Positions 17,725 through 28,217 are shown, numbered from the stretch's first letter. The stretch is DNA of 43,663 nucleotides from an uncultured Candidatus Poseidoniales archaeon (GCA_964645485.1 CAZXZO010000016.1:1-43663); one strand, 5' to 3'. The notes: generated from the letters alone by a model not told the origin. Numbers and translations are program-made.

Positions 17725-20700
17725 ATGACACGACAATTCCTTCAAGAGTGCCTCGAAGAGTCTGAAATCAGGGGTCGTGGTAACCCTGGAAGAAGGCTGG
17801 CGACAGCCCCCACAACTGATGCATGGGCGATGATGGGCGATGAGTGGCGTGGTTTGATTTTCAACCTACTCAAACATGATGCTGAAAACAATTCAGCAAC
17901 TCAAGGGAAGGGGAAGAAAAGAGTTGGTCGTCGCGGCGGTCGTGGTGACCGGATGATGATGCAGCATTGGGATTTAGAAAATACCGAATCATTACTTAGT
18001 GGTGAAAGCGATGCAGATTATCGCCTTGCTGCCTTACTGATGCACAAGGCTCAGATGGAAGATGAATGGGACAACAGTTGGAATTCCGTGCTGAACAAAT
18101 TACGCTCTCAATGTGAATCTCAAGGGGTTCACCCTGTGTTTCACAAATTAGCATCTACCTTCCAACCAGTGCTTGGAGAATTAGGAGTGTACGATTCTGT
18201 TGAAGTCAAAACTGAAGATGATGCTTCTTGGCTAGAATCTTGTAGAATGGACCCAAGCGATTGCCATTTACTTACTGAATTACTTGGGCCACCTATTGGA
18301 ATTCAACTAAAGGCAACACAATTAGCACCCCTCAAAAGATTGTACGACTTGATGAGTAGGAAAGGCGTAGTCAAAGCACAATGGCTATCCCGCCATCTAG
18401 ATTCAAGATTAATGGAAGAAAAAGATGGTTCTAGTGGGCTTCTTGCCGCAATCCTTGCCACTGCTGCAGAACTGGATGAGGTTGATTCAAGATTTGAACA
18501 CCTAGCAAAGGAAAAAGGAATTATCGGTGATATTGCTGCAAATCAACTCCTTCTAATTAACATCAAAGAAGGTGGCAAGAATGTATGGAAGGATTGCATC
18601 TCGCTTCCACAAGGAAACTCACTCAATGATGCATGTCGTGCCCACGCATGGGCCAAAACCCCTGAGGGTGGAGGTGATTTGTCTCTCGAAGAACTAGAGA
18701 AGGGGTTGGACGAGTTGAACACTTGGTGTGAAATCCGTGAAGTGGAAATGGATAGTTCCAATCTAAAATGGGCTATTGTAGATTCAATGGTAAATGCTGA
18801 TGATTCTGAGGGCTCTCGTCAACATTTTTCCAGCCTAGTTATCAATTCAAATCAACAACTCGAAATTGCCTTGAGTTTGCTCAATTCTTCTTGTCATGAT
18901 ATTGTCGTGGAGAAGATAGAAAAAATAATTGAAAACGAATCTGAACTTGATTTTTCAATTCTATTACGTCATGAATCAATCCCGATAAACATTAGATTGA
19001 CGGTTTCTGAACTGCTTGGAATCAGCGGTGGCGCAGATCAAGACACAGAAGAGATGATGCTAGAGTTATATGTCTCTACGGGTGATATTCAGGGGCTTGC
19101 TACCTTACTTTCATCGCGTTCTGATTCTGCTCAGGTTCATCCTCATTTGACACTAGTATCTGCTAGATTAATTGATGCAGGCTCAGATAGAGACTTACTC
19201 AATTGGGCAAGCCAGGCTCGACGAGAGGCTTTTCTGGTTTTATCAGATGTTGAATTACCGAATTTCCTTTCACCCGCTGCCTTTGCTCTTACTTCTCTAC
19301 TTGATGGGGGTATTGCAGACCTTGAACAGGTTAGTTCCTTACTCAACTCAGAAGGGCTCCAATCATTCAAGCAGTGTCGTAGGGCAATGATGGAAGATGG
19401 GGACGGACTTGTACCTCAACCAATGCTTTTGAAAATGGAGGATAGTCTATCATCTACAGAGATGGGTAAAATTGAGAGAATGTTATTCAATCAATTGATC
19501 CTCAATCTCAAGTTGAATCGGGCTGACAGCCTATTACAAATTGCTGAAAGGGAAAGTCACAAAGAAGCTGAAGAAATAATAGAAGAGGTGCTTACAAGTG
19601 CACCTCCTACATTCCGTTTGATGAGAAATGTGAACGCCCAAGTACTAGAACATGGGGTTGCTAGTAGTGCTCTAGAAAAATGGTACAAGAGCAACAATGC
19701 ACATTCGATGGAAGCATCAATTGCATCTGGGAGATATTCCGAAAAAGGTGGGAATAGACTCCAGGCAGCGAGATCCTATCAAACAGCCGCCACCCGATGT
19801 GATAACTTTGAGTTGCGACAAAAATTGAACAAAGAGGCGCTGATATCTTATGCTCACGCTGGTAACTGGCCAGAAGCCATTGAATTACTAGAATCTGAAT
19901 CTGGCTTGAAGGCGAACATCACTGAAAGGTTCAAACTCTATCTGCAGGTAAATGATGAGGCTGCTAGAGGTAATCTTGAGAAAGCCAAGAAAACAATTCT
20001 GACAAATGTCTCAGAGACGACAATTATTGAGAAGAAAAACGATGATGGGGAAACTTACGAAGTTGAACAAATCACTCATTCAGAAGAGGAATTGAACCTC
20101 CACCTAACCTATCCATCTATCCACAGACTTCCCGGAGAACCCTACCGAGGCAGGGTACTTGCAGCCATCAACCAAGTACAAAAAGGTAGAAAACGCAGAG
20201 GCGCAGATATTGAACAAGTATTCCAAAGAGCACTCGGCCGGAAAGAATTCACTGAAATTTTCAGCGTGGCCAATCGAGCCGCTGATGAGATGGGCCCACA
20301 GCATGGATTGCTGATTTACGAGCGGGCGATGAATAGTGGAAAGTTCGATGTTGCTGGTCTAAAACGACTCTCCGAAATGCAGAGAACAATGTACTCAAGA
20401 ACCGAGCAGGTGATTCCCGTACGTCAGAGAATCCACCTCAATAATCTTGCATTGAAACCTTTGGTGGTAGTTGATACCAACCTTTTGGTGGATGCTCTGG
20501 CAGAACGAATTCTTCGTGAACTTGAAATTGAACGTGAAGTGCCAATGCATCTTGATAGCAGGAGAGAATTCCACAAGACTTTGCTTTATCGAAGTCAACA
20601 AGGCAGGATTGAAATGTTCATTCCAGCAGCGACCAGAAATGAATTGAGGAACATCGCGGCTATCCCTGGAAGAATGAGGAAAATATGTGGAGACAGATTA

Positions 20701-21144
20701 ATTGACCCTAAATTATGGGATGAAAAAATCACCGATAAATCACTCCTTGCATTGGCTGATGCCGTCATTGGGGAATATAATTCTTGGAATCCTGAAACCG
20801 GAGCAAACATCAATGAATTAGTTCAGAATCAACGACCGGAATTTGAATCATTCTTTGTCAACCTAAAGAAGGTATACTCAGATATTACAGATTCAAAAAT
20901 TAATAGAGGCCACTCTCAAGCAAAGCGGCAAGAAATCGATGGAGAAGCGCTTTACCCAGAAGCAGGGGATGTAGATATTATGTTGTTTTCAGCCTATCTT
21001 GCTAGCCAAAGTTTGGAAGGATTTGGCTCTATCCTTGTCGCCTCTCGTGACTCTGATTTTACTGTTCCAGCGCGGGCTCTTCAGGAAAGATTCGGGTTCG
21101 TAACAGTCGATAATGCTCAGGCTCTTTCCAGCTATACCCACTAA
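17725..21144 (+). CDS. Large helical/TPR-like repeat protein with a C-terminal PIN ribonuclease domain
   Basis: ATG 17725 preceded by GGAGGA; PIN motifs LVVVDTNLLVDAL, IPAATRNEL, GDVDIMLFSAYL, LVASRDSDF; TPR-like QAARSYQTAA...ALISYAHAGNWPEAIELL. Confidence 0.78.
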   Translation: MTRQFLQECLEESEIRGRGNPGRRLATAPTTDAWAMMGDEWRGLIFNLLKHDAENNSATQGKGKKRVGRRGGRGDRMMMQHWDLENTESLLSGESDADYRLAALLMHKAQMEDEWDNSWNSVLNKLRSQCESQGVHPVFHKLASTFQPVLGELGVYDSVEVKTEDDASWLESCRMDPSDCHLLTELLGPPIGIQLKATQLAPLKRLYDLMSRKGVVKAQWLSRHLDSRLMEEKDGSSGLLAAILATAAELDEVDSRFEHLAKEKGIIGDIAANQLLLINIKEGGKNVWKDCISLPQGNSLNDACRAHAWAKTPEGGGDLSLEELEKGLDELNTWCEIREVEMDSSNLKWAIVDSMVNADDSEGSRQHFSSLVINSNQQLEIALSLLNSSCHDIVVEKIEKIIENESELDFSILLRHESIPINIRLTVSELLGISGGADQDTEEMMLELYVSTGDIQGLATLLSSRSDSAQVHPHLTLVSARLIDAGSDRDLLNWASQARREAFLVLSDVELPNFLSPAAFALTSLLDGGIADLEQVSSLLNSEGLQSFKQCRRAMMEDGDGLVPQPMLLKMEDSLSSTEMGKIERMLFNQLILNLKLNRADSLLQIAERESHKEAEEIIEEVLTSAPPTFRLMRNVNAQVLEHGVASSALEKWYKSNNAHSMEASIASGRYSEKGGNRLQAARSYQTAATRCDNFELRQKLNKEALISYAHAGNWPEAIELLESESGLKANITERFKLYLQVNDEAARGNLEKAKKTILTNVSETTIIEKKNDDGETYEVEQITHSEEELNLHLTYPSIHRLPGEPYRGRVLAAINQVQKGRKRRGADIEQVFQRALGRKEFTEIFSVANRAADEMGPQHGLLIYERAMNSGKFDVAGLKRLSEMQRTMYSRTEQVIPVRQRIHLNNLALKPLVVVDTNLLVDALAERILRELEIEREVPMHLDSRREFHKTLLYRSQQGRIEMFIPAATRNELRNIAAIPGRMRKICGDRLIDPKLWDEKITDKSLLALADAVIGEYNSWNPETGANINELVQNQRPEFESFFVNLKKVYSDITDSKINRGHSQAKRQEIDGEALYPEAGDVDIMLFSAYLASQSLEGFGSILVASRDSDFTVPARALQERFGFVTVDNAQALSSYTH

Positions 21145-21254
21145 TTTATGATTGAACGTAACAAGGTTGTTTGATTAATTAGATAGTGGTTTGCTGTGTT
21201 AATTGAAATTTGATGCTATTTTGGTTATACAAATCCTCTCTACAGGACCTTTCT

Positions 21255-22253
21255 CTATTCTTCATCGACTAGGTTTGGATTTGAGTTTAGAGACTCTCCT
21301 AAGCGACTCATGATTACAGTTGCTGATTCAATACTTTTCACTGTCTCAACGCTCTTCCCTGCAGAGAAGTATTTCTTCATCTTGTCCGAGCTCTTACTTT
21401 TACTCTTAGATATTTTACGAATCCTGATGAAGGAATTTGCATTCAAAAACATCCTTGCTTTGTGTTTAAATCTACTATTCAGAAGTTTACGAGTAAACCA
21501 AGTATTCTCTTGTTTAAAATTAGGTGACTTGATCACTGAAATTGGAACTCCTGTCAATCTATTGGTCCAAGTAATATCATTCTCTCCAGCACCAACAATT
21601 GCATCTTTGTAGTCATTGGAAGTGTTACATTCGGTGGTAGCAATGAATCTCGTACCCATCTGCACTCCGTCATAGCCAATTTCAAGGGCCTTGTTGAGTT
21701 CTTCTTCACTACCTACTCCTCCAGCACAAATCAATGGTAAATCCATGTCTGATAATTCATCATACATTTCTTCCATAGAACTTGGTCCAAGATGTCCACC
21801 TGCACGGTTGTTGACACAAATTAGCCCATCAACTCCACAATCCCGACCTTTCTCTGCCCATTTACGGTTAGTGACATCGTGGTAAACTACACCACCATAA
21901 GCATGCACTTTCTCACAAACCCAATCTGGCTTCCCCAATGAAGTGACGAAGAACCTGATACCTTCTTCAAGAGCAATATCAATCCATCTAGACATCTTCT
22001 CAAAATATTTCTTACTACCCTTTTCAATCAATGCATTGAATCCTATTGGTTTATCTGTCAAAGTTCGCATCAAGCGAATTCCTTCGCGTAAATCATGCCC
22101 GTGGACATAAGTCAATGATACTGGTTGCATAATTGCCAAACCACCTCCTTCTGATGCGGCCGCAACTAGCTCAGGGTTTGAACAAGGATACATAGCCCCG
22201 CAAATAATTGGATGCTCTACACCTGCATGTTTGGTGAACCGGGTACTTACCAT
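21255..22253 (-). CDS. Nitronate monooxygenase/FabK-like FMN-dependent oxidoreductase
   Basis: PIICGAMY, KPIGFN, RAGGHLG, PLICAGG, GYDGVQMGTRFIAT. Confidence 0.88.
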   Translation of the reverse strand: MVSTRFTKHAGVEHPIICGAMYPCSNPELVAAASEGGGLAIMQPVSLTYVHGHDLREGIRLMRTLTDKPIGFNALIEKGSKKYFEKMSRWIDIALEEGIRFFVTSLGKPDWVCEKVHAYGGVVYHDVTNRKWAEKGRDCGVDGLICVNNRAGGHLGPSSMEEMYDELSDMDLPLICAGGVGSEEELNKALEIGYDGVQMGTRFIATTECNTSNDYKDAIVGAGENDITWTNRLTGVPISVIKSPNFKQENTWFTRKLLNSRFKHKARMFLNANSFIRIRKISKSKSKSSDKMKKYFSAGKSVETVKSIESATVIMSRLGESLNSNPNLVDEE

Positions 22254-22261
22254 TCTCTCAC

Positions 22262-22759
22262 CTAGTCAACTAACACGCGGAAGTTCCACTTGAATATCCA
22301 TTCGGAGACGATATCCCCTGACTTGTCCCTTCCTGTAGACTTGAGAATACACTCTACTGGTTCTCCAGATTGCATACTCCTCTCAATGGCTCGACGGGCG
22401 GTGGCGACCTCTTCACAGGTAAACGTGATACGGCCTTTTGCTGTTTTAGTGAAAGATGCTTCAGTACCCACCACGAACATCCGTAACTTCTCCGGCATAG
22501 CACGTGATATTGCAAAGGGAACTGCTCCAGTTGACAGTTCTGCACCCATGCCTTGTACAGCCCAATACATTGTTTTGAACGGATTTTGTGAACGCCATCC
22601 ACCTGGTATTGATGTCTTACAAATTTCGTCGTTTATATCTTCCATTCGAATGCCTGCTAATCTTGCTGTGGGCATTGAAACTAGAGTGAACATCCTGAGT
22701 TTAATTAAGCCAAGAAGGCTTCGATACTCAGCCGCTAACTTCTGCTCCTCAATTGCCAT
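22262..22759 (-). CDS. Hotdog-fold protein (DUF4442/PaaI-like thioesterase)
   Basis: SQNPFKTMYWAVQGMGAELSTG, ASFTKTAKGRITFTC. Confidence 0.82.
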   Translation of the reverse strand: MAIEEQKLAAEYRSLLGLIKLRMFTLVSMPTARLAGIRMEDINDEICKTSIPGGWRSQNPFKTMYWAVQGMGAELSTGAVPFAISRAMPEKLRMFVVGTEASFTKTAKGRITFTCEEVATARRAIERSMQSGEPVECILKSTGRDKSGDIVSEWIFKWNFRVLVD

Positions 22760-22762
22760 GAG

Positions 22763-23011
22763 TTACCTCATTAAAGAATTGACAATATTACAATATTCTT
22801 GCATTGCTTCGACCTCAGAAGTGCCATTAACTTTGCACCAAGCCTTGTGCTTGGCACGGTCTTTCATTCCCCCTCGGGGTTTGCCGTCACAATTACCTTC
22901 AGTAGCCTGTTTATACAATGCATATAGGCGTAATAGTGTGTTATTATCTGGCTTAGTAGTTAATCTCCACACCTTTTTTGTTGCACGCTCAAATCTTCTT
23001 CTTAAACTCAT
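22763..23011 (-). CDS. Acyl-CoA-binding protein (ACBP)
   Basis: KPDNNTLLRLYALYKQATEG...KP...RAKHKAW...G...EAMQEY: the ACBP YxxYKQA and KxxAW ligand residues. Confidence 0.92.
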   Translation of the reverse strand: MSLRRRFERATKKVWRLTTKPDNNTLLRLYALYKQATEGNCDGKPRGGMKDRAKHKAWCKVNGTSEVEAMQEYCNIVNSLMR

Positions 23012-23013
23012 AA

Positions 23014-24063
23014 TTATCCTTCCATCGCTCCTCCAAGTTGAGGCTTTAGCCAGGCCTCTAGAATTGACTTCCTTTCCTCACTATCAACTGCAGATGTATG
23101 AGGTTGAGATACTAACAAATGTACTGATGCAGAATCGTCTAAATGCGATTTGATGAGATTGTAATGTTGTATACCAAGACGATTGTCACGCCGTGCTTGC
23201 ATCAGTAATATAGGGACTCTTGGAATGCCAAAATGTGGAACTTGAGCCGTAGCGTAACGAATAGAAATATTTGGGTGGATTCGTTCGTGTTCGCGGCGAA
23301 GGATTTGGCGCACCCACGGTTTGAACATATGCAATTGGGGTGGTAGAATAGACTCTACTGCTAGTGGAAATGACGTGGCTGGAGATTCCAACATTACTCC
23401 GGCCAAACGACCTTCCCACCATCCTTTTGGGTTGGCACCTAACCAAATGCAAATGAATCCTCCAACGCTATGACCATAGAACCATACTCTCTTTGGAAGG
23501 TTAGGGCCCAACTTATTTTCCAGTGATTCTAACATAGCCTCAATATCTTCAGCAACTTTGAGTAATGTCCAATCCTTCCTTCGGTCACATTCACCATGAC
23601 CACGTAAGTTTAGACCTACGACATTTGCTCCAAGTTCTGCTATATGCGTTGCTCTGGACTCCACATTCCGAAGTGATGAACCTCTCCCGTGGAGTATGAC
23701 AACAAGATCTTCTTCTCCACCGTCAACTTCGAGCAGGTGTGCCGTCTTCACATCCCCGCCCCAGCCCACATACCTGAAGGGAGCCCATCGGGGGTCGACC
23801 AATTTCCCACTCACTGGGTCTGGGGTCGTTAAAACAAAGCGAATTACCAAGCGCCGGAAAACTAACCAAACAAATACGGGTAATGAAAGTCCAGCCATCA
23901 CCCAAGCAATTGGATTGGATGCCCAACTAGGAATTAGAAACAGAGCAAGTCCTTCTGAAAAAAGAATGAAAGTAAGTAAATCGGGTAAAGCAGGAGTATA
24001 CCTCACTTCTGGCTGGAAATGGTTTGTTACTAGACCATATTTGTCTTCTCTTATCAATGTCAC
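23014..24063 (-). CDS. Membrane-anchored alpha/beta hydrolase (lipase/esterase-like)
   Basis: Two N-terminal TM helices; HGRGSS; nucleophile elbow GHSVGG; candidate Asp (RRDN) and His (QPHT). Confidence 0.85.
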   Translation of the reverse strand: MTLIREDKYGLVTNHFQPEVRYTPALPDLLTFILFSEGLALFLIPSWASNPIAWVMAGLSLPVFVWLVFRRLVIRFVLTTPDPVSGKLVDPRWAPFRYVGWGGDVKTAHLLEVDGGEEDLVVILHGRGSSLRNVESRATHIAELGANVVGLNLRGHGECDRRKDWTLLKVAEDIEAMLESLENKLGPNLPKRVWFYGHSVGGFICIWLGANPKGWWEGRLAGVMLESPATSFPLAVESILPPQLHMFKPWVRQILRREHERIHPNISIRYATAQVPHFGIPRVPILLMQARRDNRLGIQHYNLIKSHLDDSASVHLLVSQPHTSAVDSEERKSILEAWLKPQLGGAMEG

Positions 24064-25865
24064 ATCATCGCCTCCGGATAGTCCATCAACGATTTTGGAC
24101 CAGATTGAATTTTGGCTGCAAGACTGATGGTTTCGGGATATATTCGCTTGAAGAAGAATCGGGCACTAGCTAATTTTGCATCATAAAATGGGTCGCCTTT
24201 TTTCTCGATGCTAACTTTCGCCATCTTCGCCCACATATAAGCCAGCAAAACATTACCGAAGTAGCGGCAGTAGTCAGTTGCTCCTGCTGCTAAGAAGTGA
24301 GGGTCTGCCATCCCTTCTGAAATCATTAGTAATGTGATTTGTTGCAGTCCTCTAACACCTTGGTGGAGTGGTTTATTGAATTCCTCCATCTCTGGATTAT
24401 CTCGATTCTCTTCAATAAACTCAGTCAAAGGCCACAATAAATGACGCAAATTCTTTCCGAATCCTTGAGTAATTTTTCGACCTGCAAGGTCAAGAGCTTG
24501 AATTCCGTTTGTCCCTTCCCAAATCTTAGAAATCCTAACATCACGGTAATACTGTTCTACTCCAAACTCCGTACAGTAACCAGCCCCCCCCATTACCTGC
24601 ATACAGGTACTCGCAGTTTCGCAGGCTAGGTCTGTGAAGTGGGCTTTAACGATGGGTGTAAATAACGCTACTAACGCCTTTGCAGGCTCTGAGATATCTG
24701 GGTCATCGCTGTGCATCTGGTCTAACAAAATACCAGTCCAGACTGCAAGAGCTCTACATCCTTCGTTATTGACCTTGGCTTCTAGCAGCATCCTACGGAC
24801 ATCCGGATGAACTAGGATGTTGTCGGCTGGCTCAGTCGGCTCGTGAACCCCTTTCAAATCTCGACCTTGGCGCCGCTGCCTTGACCAAGCCAATGCATTC
24901 TGATATGCAATCTCACCAAGGCCAAGGCCCATCATTCCTGTAGCAACTCGCTCACGATTCATCATCTGAAACATTAGCGGCATTCCACCGTGCAGTGGTC
25001 CAACCAGCCAACCTACACTCTGATCAAAGTTCATTGCACAAGTTGGAGAGGCATGAATTCCCATCTTTTCCTCGCTACCTGAGCAAGTTACCCCATTATT
25101 CTCTGACAACAACTCATGAGAAATATCTTCAACACCTCCTGATTGCCATTCTGCGGGTAAATACTTGGGGACTAAGAACAGAGAAATGCCCTTACTACCT
25201 TCAGGGCCACCAGGGGCCTTCGCAAGCACCAAGTGGACTATGTTTTCGACCATGTCATGCTCCCCGTAAGTTATGAAAATTTTAGAGCCGGATATTCGGT
25301 ATGTGCCGTCATCCTGCGGTTCGGCTTTTGATGAAATGATGCCGAGATCTGTTCCTGCATGTGGCTCAGTCAGGCACATGGTACCAGCCCATTCCCCAGA
25401 AGCGATGTGGGTTGCAAAGTAATCGATTAAGTCCTGTCTTCCATGGGATACTAAGACCTCATAAACTCCAATGGTGAGAGCAGGTAATACGCTTAGAGCC
25501 ATACAAGCAGAAGTACCGAACTCAGCCCATGTTACTGTTTGAAAGAAAGTTGGAATTCCCATGCCACCGTGCTCAGGTTTACACGATGTAGATAGCCACC
25601 CTTCTTCGATGCCTTTTCGATATGCATCTTTGAACTCTTGTGGCATTGTTATATTACCATCTTCAAATTTGAGACCTTCCCTATCACCCAGGGCATTGAT
25701 TGGTAGCCAGACATCTTTGGTATGATTAGCCCACCCATCCATCAGCATAGAAAGGAAGTCTGCATCAAAGTCGTCAAAGCCTAGACCATCCATTGAGCCT
25801 ATCGCATCAAAGATTTCATTGAATAGAAAATCGTACTCGCGGACGGGGGGATTCCAAACAACCAA
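24060..25865 (-). CDS. Acyl-CoA dehydrogenase (long form with C-terminal domain)
   Basis: GTMCLTEPHAGTDLG, GSKIFIT, EEKMGIHASPTC, QVMGGAGY, IWEGTNGIQALDL. Confidence 0.95.
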   Translation of the reverse strand: MVVWNPPVREYDFLFNEIFDAIGSMDGLGFDDFDADFLSMLMDGWANHTKDVWLPINALGDREGLKFEDGNITMPQEFKDAYRKGIEEGWLSTSCKPEHGGMGIPTFFQTVTWAEFGTSACMALSVLPALTIGVYEVLVSHGRQDLIDYFATHIASGEWAGTMCLTEPHAGTDLGIISSKAEPQDDGTYRISGSKIFITYGEHDMVENIVHLVLAKAPGGPEGSKGISLFLVPKYLPAEWQSGGVEDISHELLSENNGVTCSGSEEKMGIHASPTCAMNFDQSVGWLVGPLHGGMPLMFQMMNRERVATGMMGLGLGEIAYQNALAWSRQRRQGRDLKGVHEPTEPADNILVHPDVRRMLLEAKVNNEGCRALAVWTGILLDQMHSDDPDISEPAKALVALFTPIVKAHFTDLACETASTCMQVMGGAGYCTEFGVEQYYRDVRISKIWEGTNGIQALDLAGRKITQGFGKNLRHLLWPLTEFIEENRDNPEMEEFNKPLHQGVRGLQQITLLMISEGMADPHFLAAGATDYCRYFGNVLLAYMWAKMAKVSIEKKGDPFYDAKLASARFFFKRIYPETISLAAKIQSGPKSLMDYPEAMM

Positions 25866-25874
25866 TTTCTCACC

Positions 25875-28217
25875 TCAATTTCTTAACGGCTTTCCTTTCA
25901 CCAGCATGTGCTCCATTCTTTCCAACGAAGATTCATGGCGAGCTAGCCTTCCAATTGCTTGGCGCTCCAACTCGAGAATATCCTCTTCCAACAGAATATC
26001 GACCATATCAGTTTCACCACCTGAGAGAATCTCAGCTAATTCATCTGAAACTATCACATCATGGGGGGTAGCCCTGCCTGAACGAACTAAGTCAGAAACT
26101 GCAAGAGCAAGTGCTGCCTTACCAGTTCGCCCGGGAAGAGAATATACGTGTGGTTCGGGGGGTTGATAATCAATTGATAATTCAAGCACGAGTTGTTTTG
26201 CATCGTGGATGAGGCGTGTTCTATTCATGGTAATTCTATCATTATGGGTAAGATATCCTATATCCTGTGCTTGTTGTGCTGACTTGGCCACCTTTGCGAG
26301 TCCAATGGTTTCGAATGCACTTGTAACTGGCCCCATTGGACCACCTGCAGCATACCCATTCTTAGCAAGCCTCCCGAGCATTTCCTTACAACCACCCCAA
26401 GCAGGAATTATTCCAACTCCAACTTCTACAAGACCGATATAAGACTCTGAATGTGCCTGCACAGCATCAGAGTGGAGCAGAACCTCACACCCGCCTCCAA
26501 GACACATTCCTGTAGCTGCTGAAACTACAGGCACGTCGGCATATTTCAATGCAGAATATGTCTCTTGACCAAGTGAGATGAACTGTTCTAATTCCTTCCA
26601 GGCACCCAGGTTAACTGCGAAAAGTGCTAAGCCTAGATTGGCTCCAGCACAGAAATTTTTCCCATCATTTGCGATTAAAATACCCTTCCAATTATCGGTT
26701 TCTGCTAGATCAACTGCGGAAAGAAGCATCTCCATACTAAGAGGATCCATTGCGTTCATCTTAGAATGATATTCAACAAGCAGCACACCATCACCTGCAT
26801 CCCAAATACTAGCGCTCGCATTTCTCTCAAGAGGAGAACCGCGCCGCTTTAAATCCGCAATTGCAAGGGTTTCGGGGGGTCTATCCAAGACAACCTTGTT
26901 CCCGTTTACATCCATGTAATTCGGCTCACCATCGATGATTTCATGAAATGTTGAACCCTTAGCAAGGAGTAGTAAGGTTGGCACCTCACGCTCACTTGCT
27001 TCTAAGGCTCTGATTAACCAATCTACTCCTAGTTCATCTATCATCTCAAAGGGTCCCTTCTTCCAATTGTAGCCGACACGCATCGCTAAGTCAATGTCAG
27101 CTACTGAATCCGTCACCTCTGGGACAAGGGTAGCAGCGTATGACAGTGTATCGAGAAGTATTTCTCGAAGAAATGAAGACCCTTCGTCTGGGTGTTCCAA
27201 TAATCTACGAAGTCCTTGTTTGCCCATTTTTGCAGATGGGAAGGCTGCCCTTCTTTCGGCGGTGGTATACTCCCCGGTTACTAAATTTCTTGCCTCCTTT
27301 ATGCGTTGCCCGCCATCGGTGTTAAGGCGGTAGAATCCGCCCTTTCCTTTTCGCCCAGTATAACCATCAGTAACCATCTGTTCAATCATTTCTCCCCCCT
27401 CACCGGCAAACCGATGTATTGCATCAGATTGGTTGAGATTGGTAAGCAAACTGTCCATGATGTGCGGGATTAGGTCAATACCTACAAGGTCCATTAAACC
27501 AAACACTGCTGTTTTTGGAAGACCTATTGGCAACCCTAACATAGCATCTGCCTGTTCTACTGTGAATCCTCTTTGGAGTGTCTCATAAATCGCCCTTTGA
27601 ACGAAAAAAATACCCAACCTGTTACCAATAAAGCCAGGACTGTCATTGCACAAAACTACCTGTTTCCCTAGGCGGACATCAGCGAATTGAGTAAAACGTG
27701 AGAGTAACCTTTCTGATACCTCCGAGCCTGAAACCACCTCGAGTAAGGGCAGATATCTTGGTGGGTTAAAGAAATGAGTGATTAGAAATCTTGAAGCAAG
27801 ATTCTGATTCATTCCCTCCACAAGAGCTGAGCGGGGTAAGGTCGAGGTGTTTGATGAGAGGACTGCTTCGGGATTGAGGTGTGTTGCGAGATTAGAATAG
27901 ACTTGATGTTTGACATCCAAACGTTCGACTACGACTTCAATTGCCCAATCTATGTCAGAAAGTAAATCGAGATTATCTTCTAGATTTCCAACCTTTATTC
28001 TAGAGGAATATTCGGGGTGCATCAACATTTCAGGGTTCGCCTTCGCCATTGATTGAACAGCACTTTTTGCAAGTGCATTCCTGCCACCATCTTCTTTCAT
28101 ATCGGGTGGAACAATGTCAAGAAGTAGGACTTCACAACCAGCGTTAGCACAATGGGCAGCAATCCCAGCCCCCATTACTCCTGAACCGATAACGGCTACT
28201 CGCTGAATTTCAACCAT
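25875..28217 (-). CDS. 3-hydroxyacyl-CoA dehydrogenase/enoyl-CoA hydratase fusion (FadN-type domain order)
   Basis: VAVIGSGVMGAGIA, EVVVERLDVK, SSNTS, HFFNPPRYLPLLE; crotonase half FCAGANL, LGGGCE, GLVEVGVGIIPAWGG. Confidence 0.95.
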   Translation of the reverse strand: MVEIQRVAVIGSGVMGAGIAAHCANAGCEVLLLDIVPPDMKEDGGRNALAKSAVQSMAKANPEMLMHPEYSSRIKVGNLEDNLDLLSDIDWAIEVVVERLDVKHQVYSNLATHLNPEAVLSSNTSTLPRSALVEGMNQNLASRFLITHFFNPPRYLPLLEVVSGSEVSERLLSRFTQFADVRLGKQVVLCNDSPGFIGNRLGIFFVQRAIYETLQRGFTVEQADAMLGLPIGLPKTAVFGLMDLVGIDLIPHIMDSLLTNLNQSDAIHRFAGEGGEMIEQMVTDGYTGRKGKGGFYRLNTDGGQRIKEARNLVTGEYTTAERRAAFPSAKMGKQGLRRLLEHPDEGSSFLREILLDTLSYAATLVPEVTDSVADIDLAMRVGYNWKKGPFEMIDELGVDWLIRALEASEREVPTLLLLAKGSTFHEIIDGEPNYMDVNGNKVVLDRPPETLAIADLKRRGSPLERNASASIWDAGDGVLLVEYHSKMNAMDPLSMEMLLSAVDLAETDNWKGILIANDGKNFCAGANLGLALFAVNLGAWKELEQFISLGQETYSALKYADVPVVSAATGMCLGGGCEVLLHSDAVQAHSESYIGLVEVGVGIIPAWGGCKEMLGRLAKNGYAAGGPMGPVTSAFETIGLAKVAKSAQQAQDIGYLTHNDRITMNRTRLIHDAKQLVLELSIDYQPPEPHVYSLPGRTGKAALALAVSDLVRSGRATPHDVIVSDELAEILSGGETDMVDILLEEDILELERQAIGRLARHESSLERMEHMLVKGKPLRN

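Noticed and set aside
22290-23153. 287-aa + strand ORF
   Set aside because: Antisense shadow of the hotdog, ACBP and hydrolase genes; no recognisable motifs. The same applies to the many short Ser/Ile-rich opposite-strand ORFs in the track.
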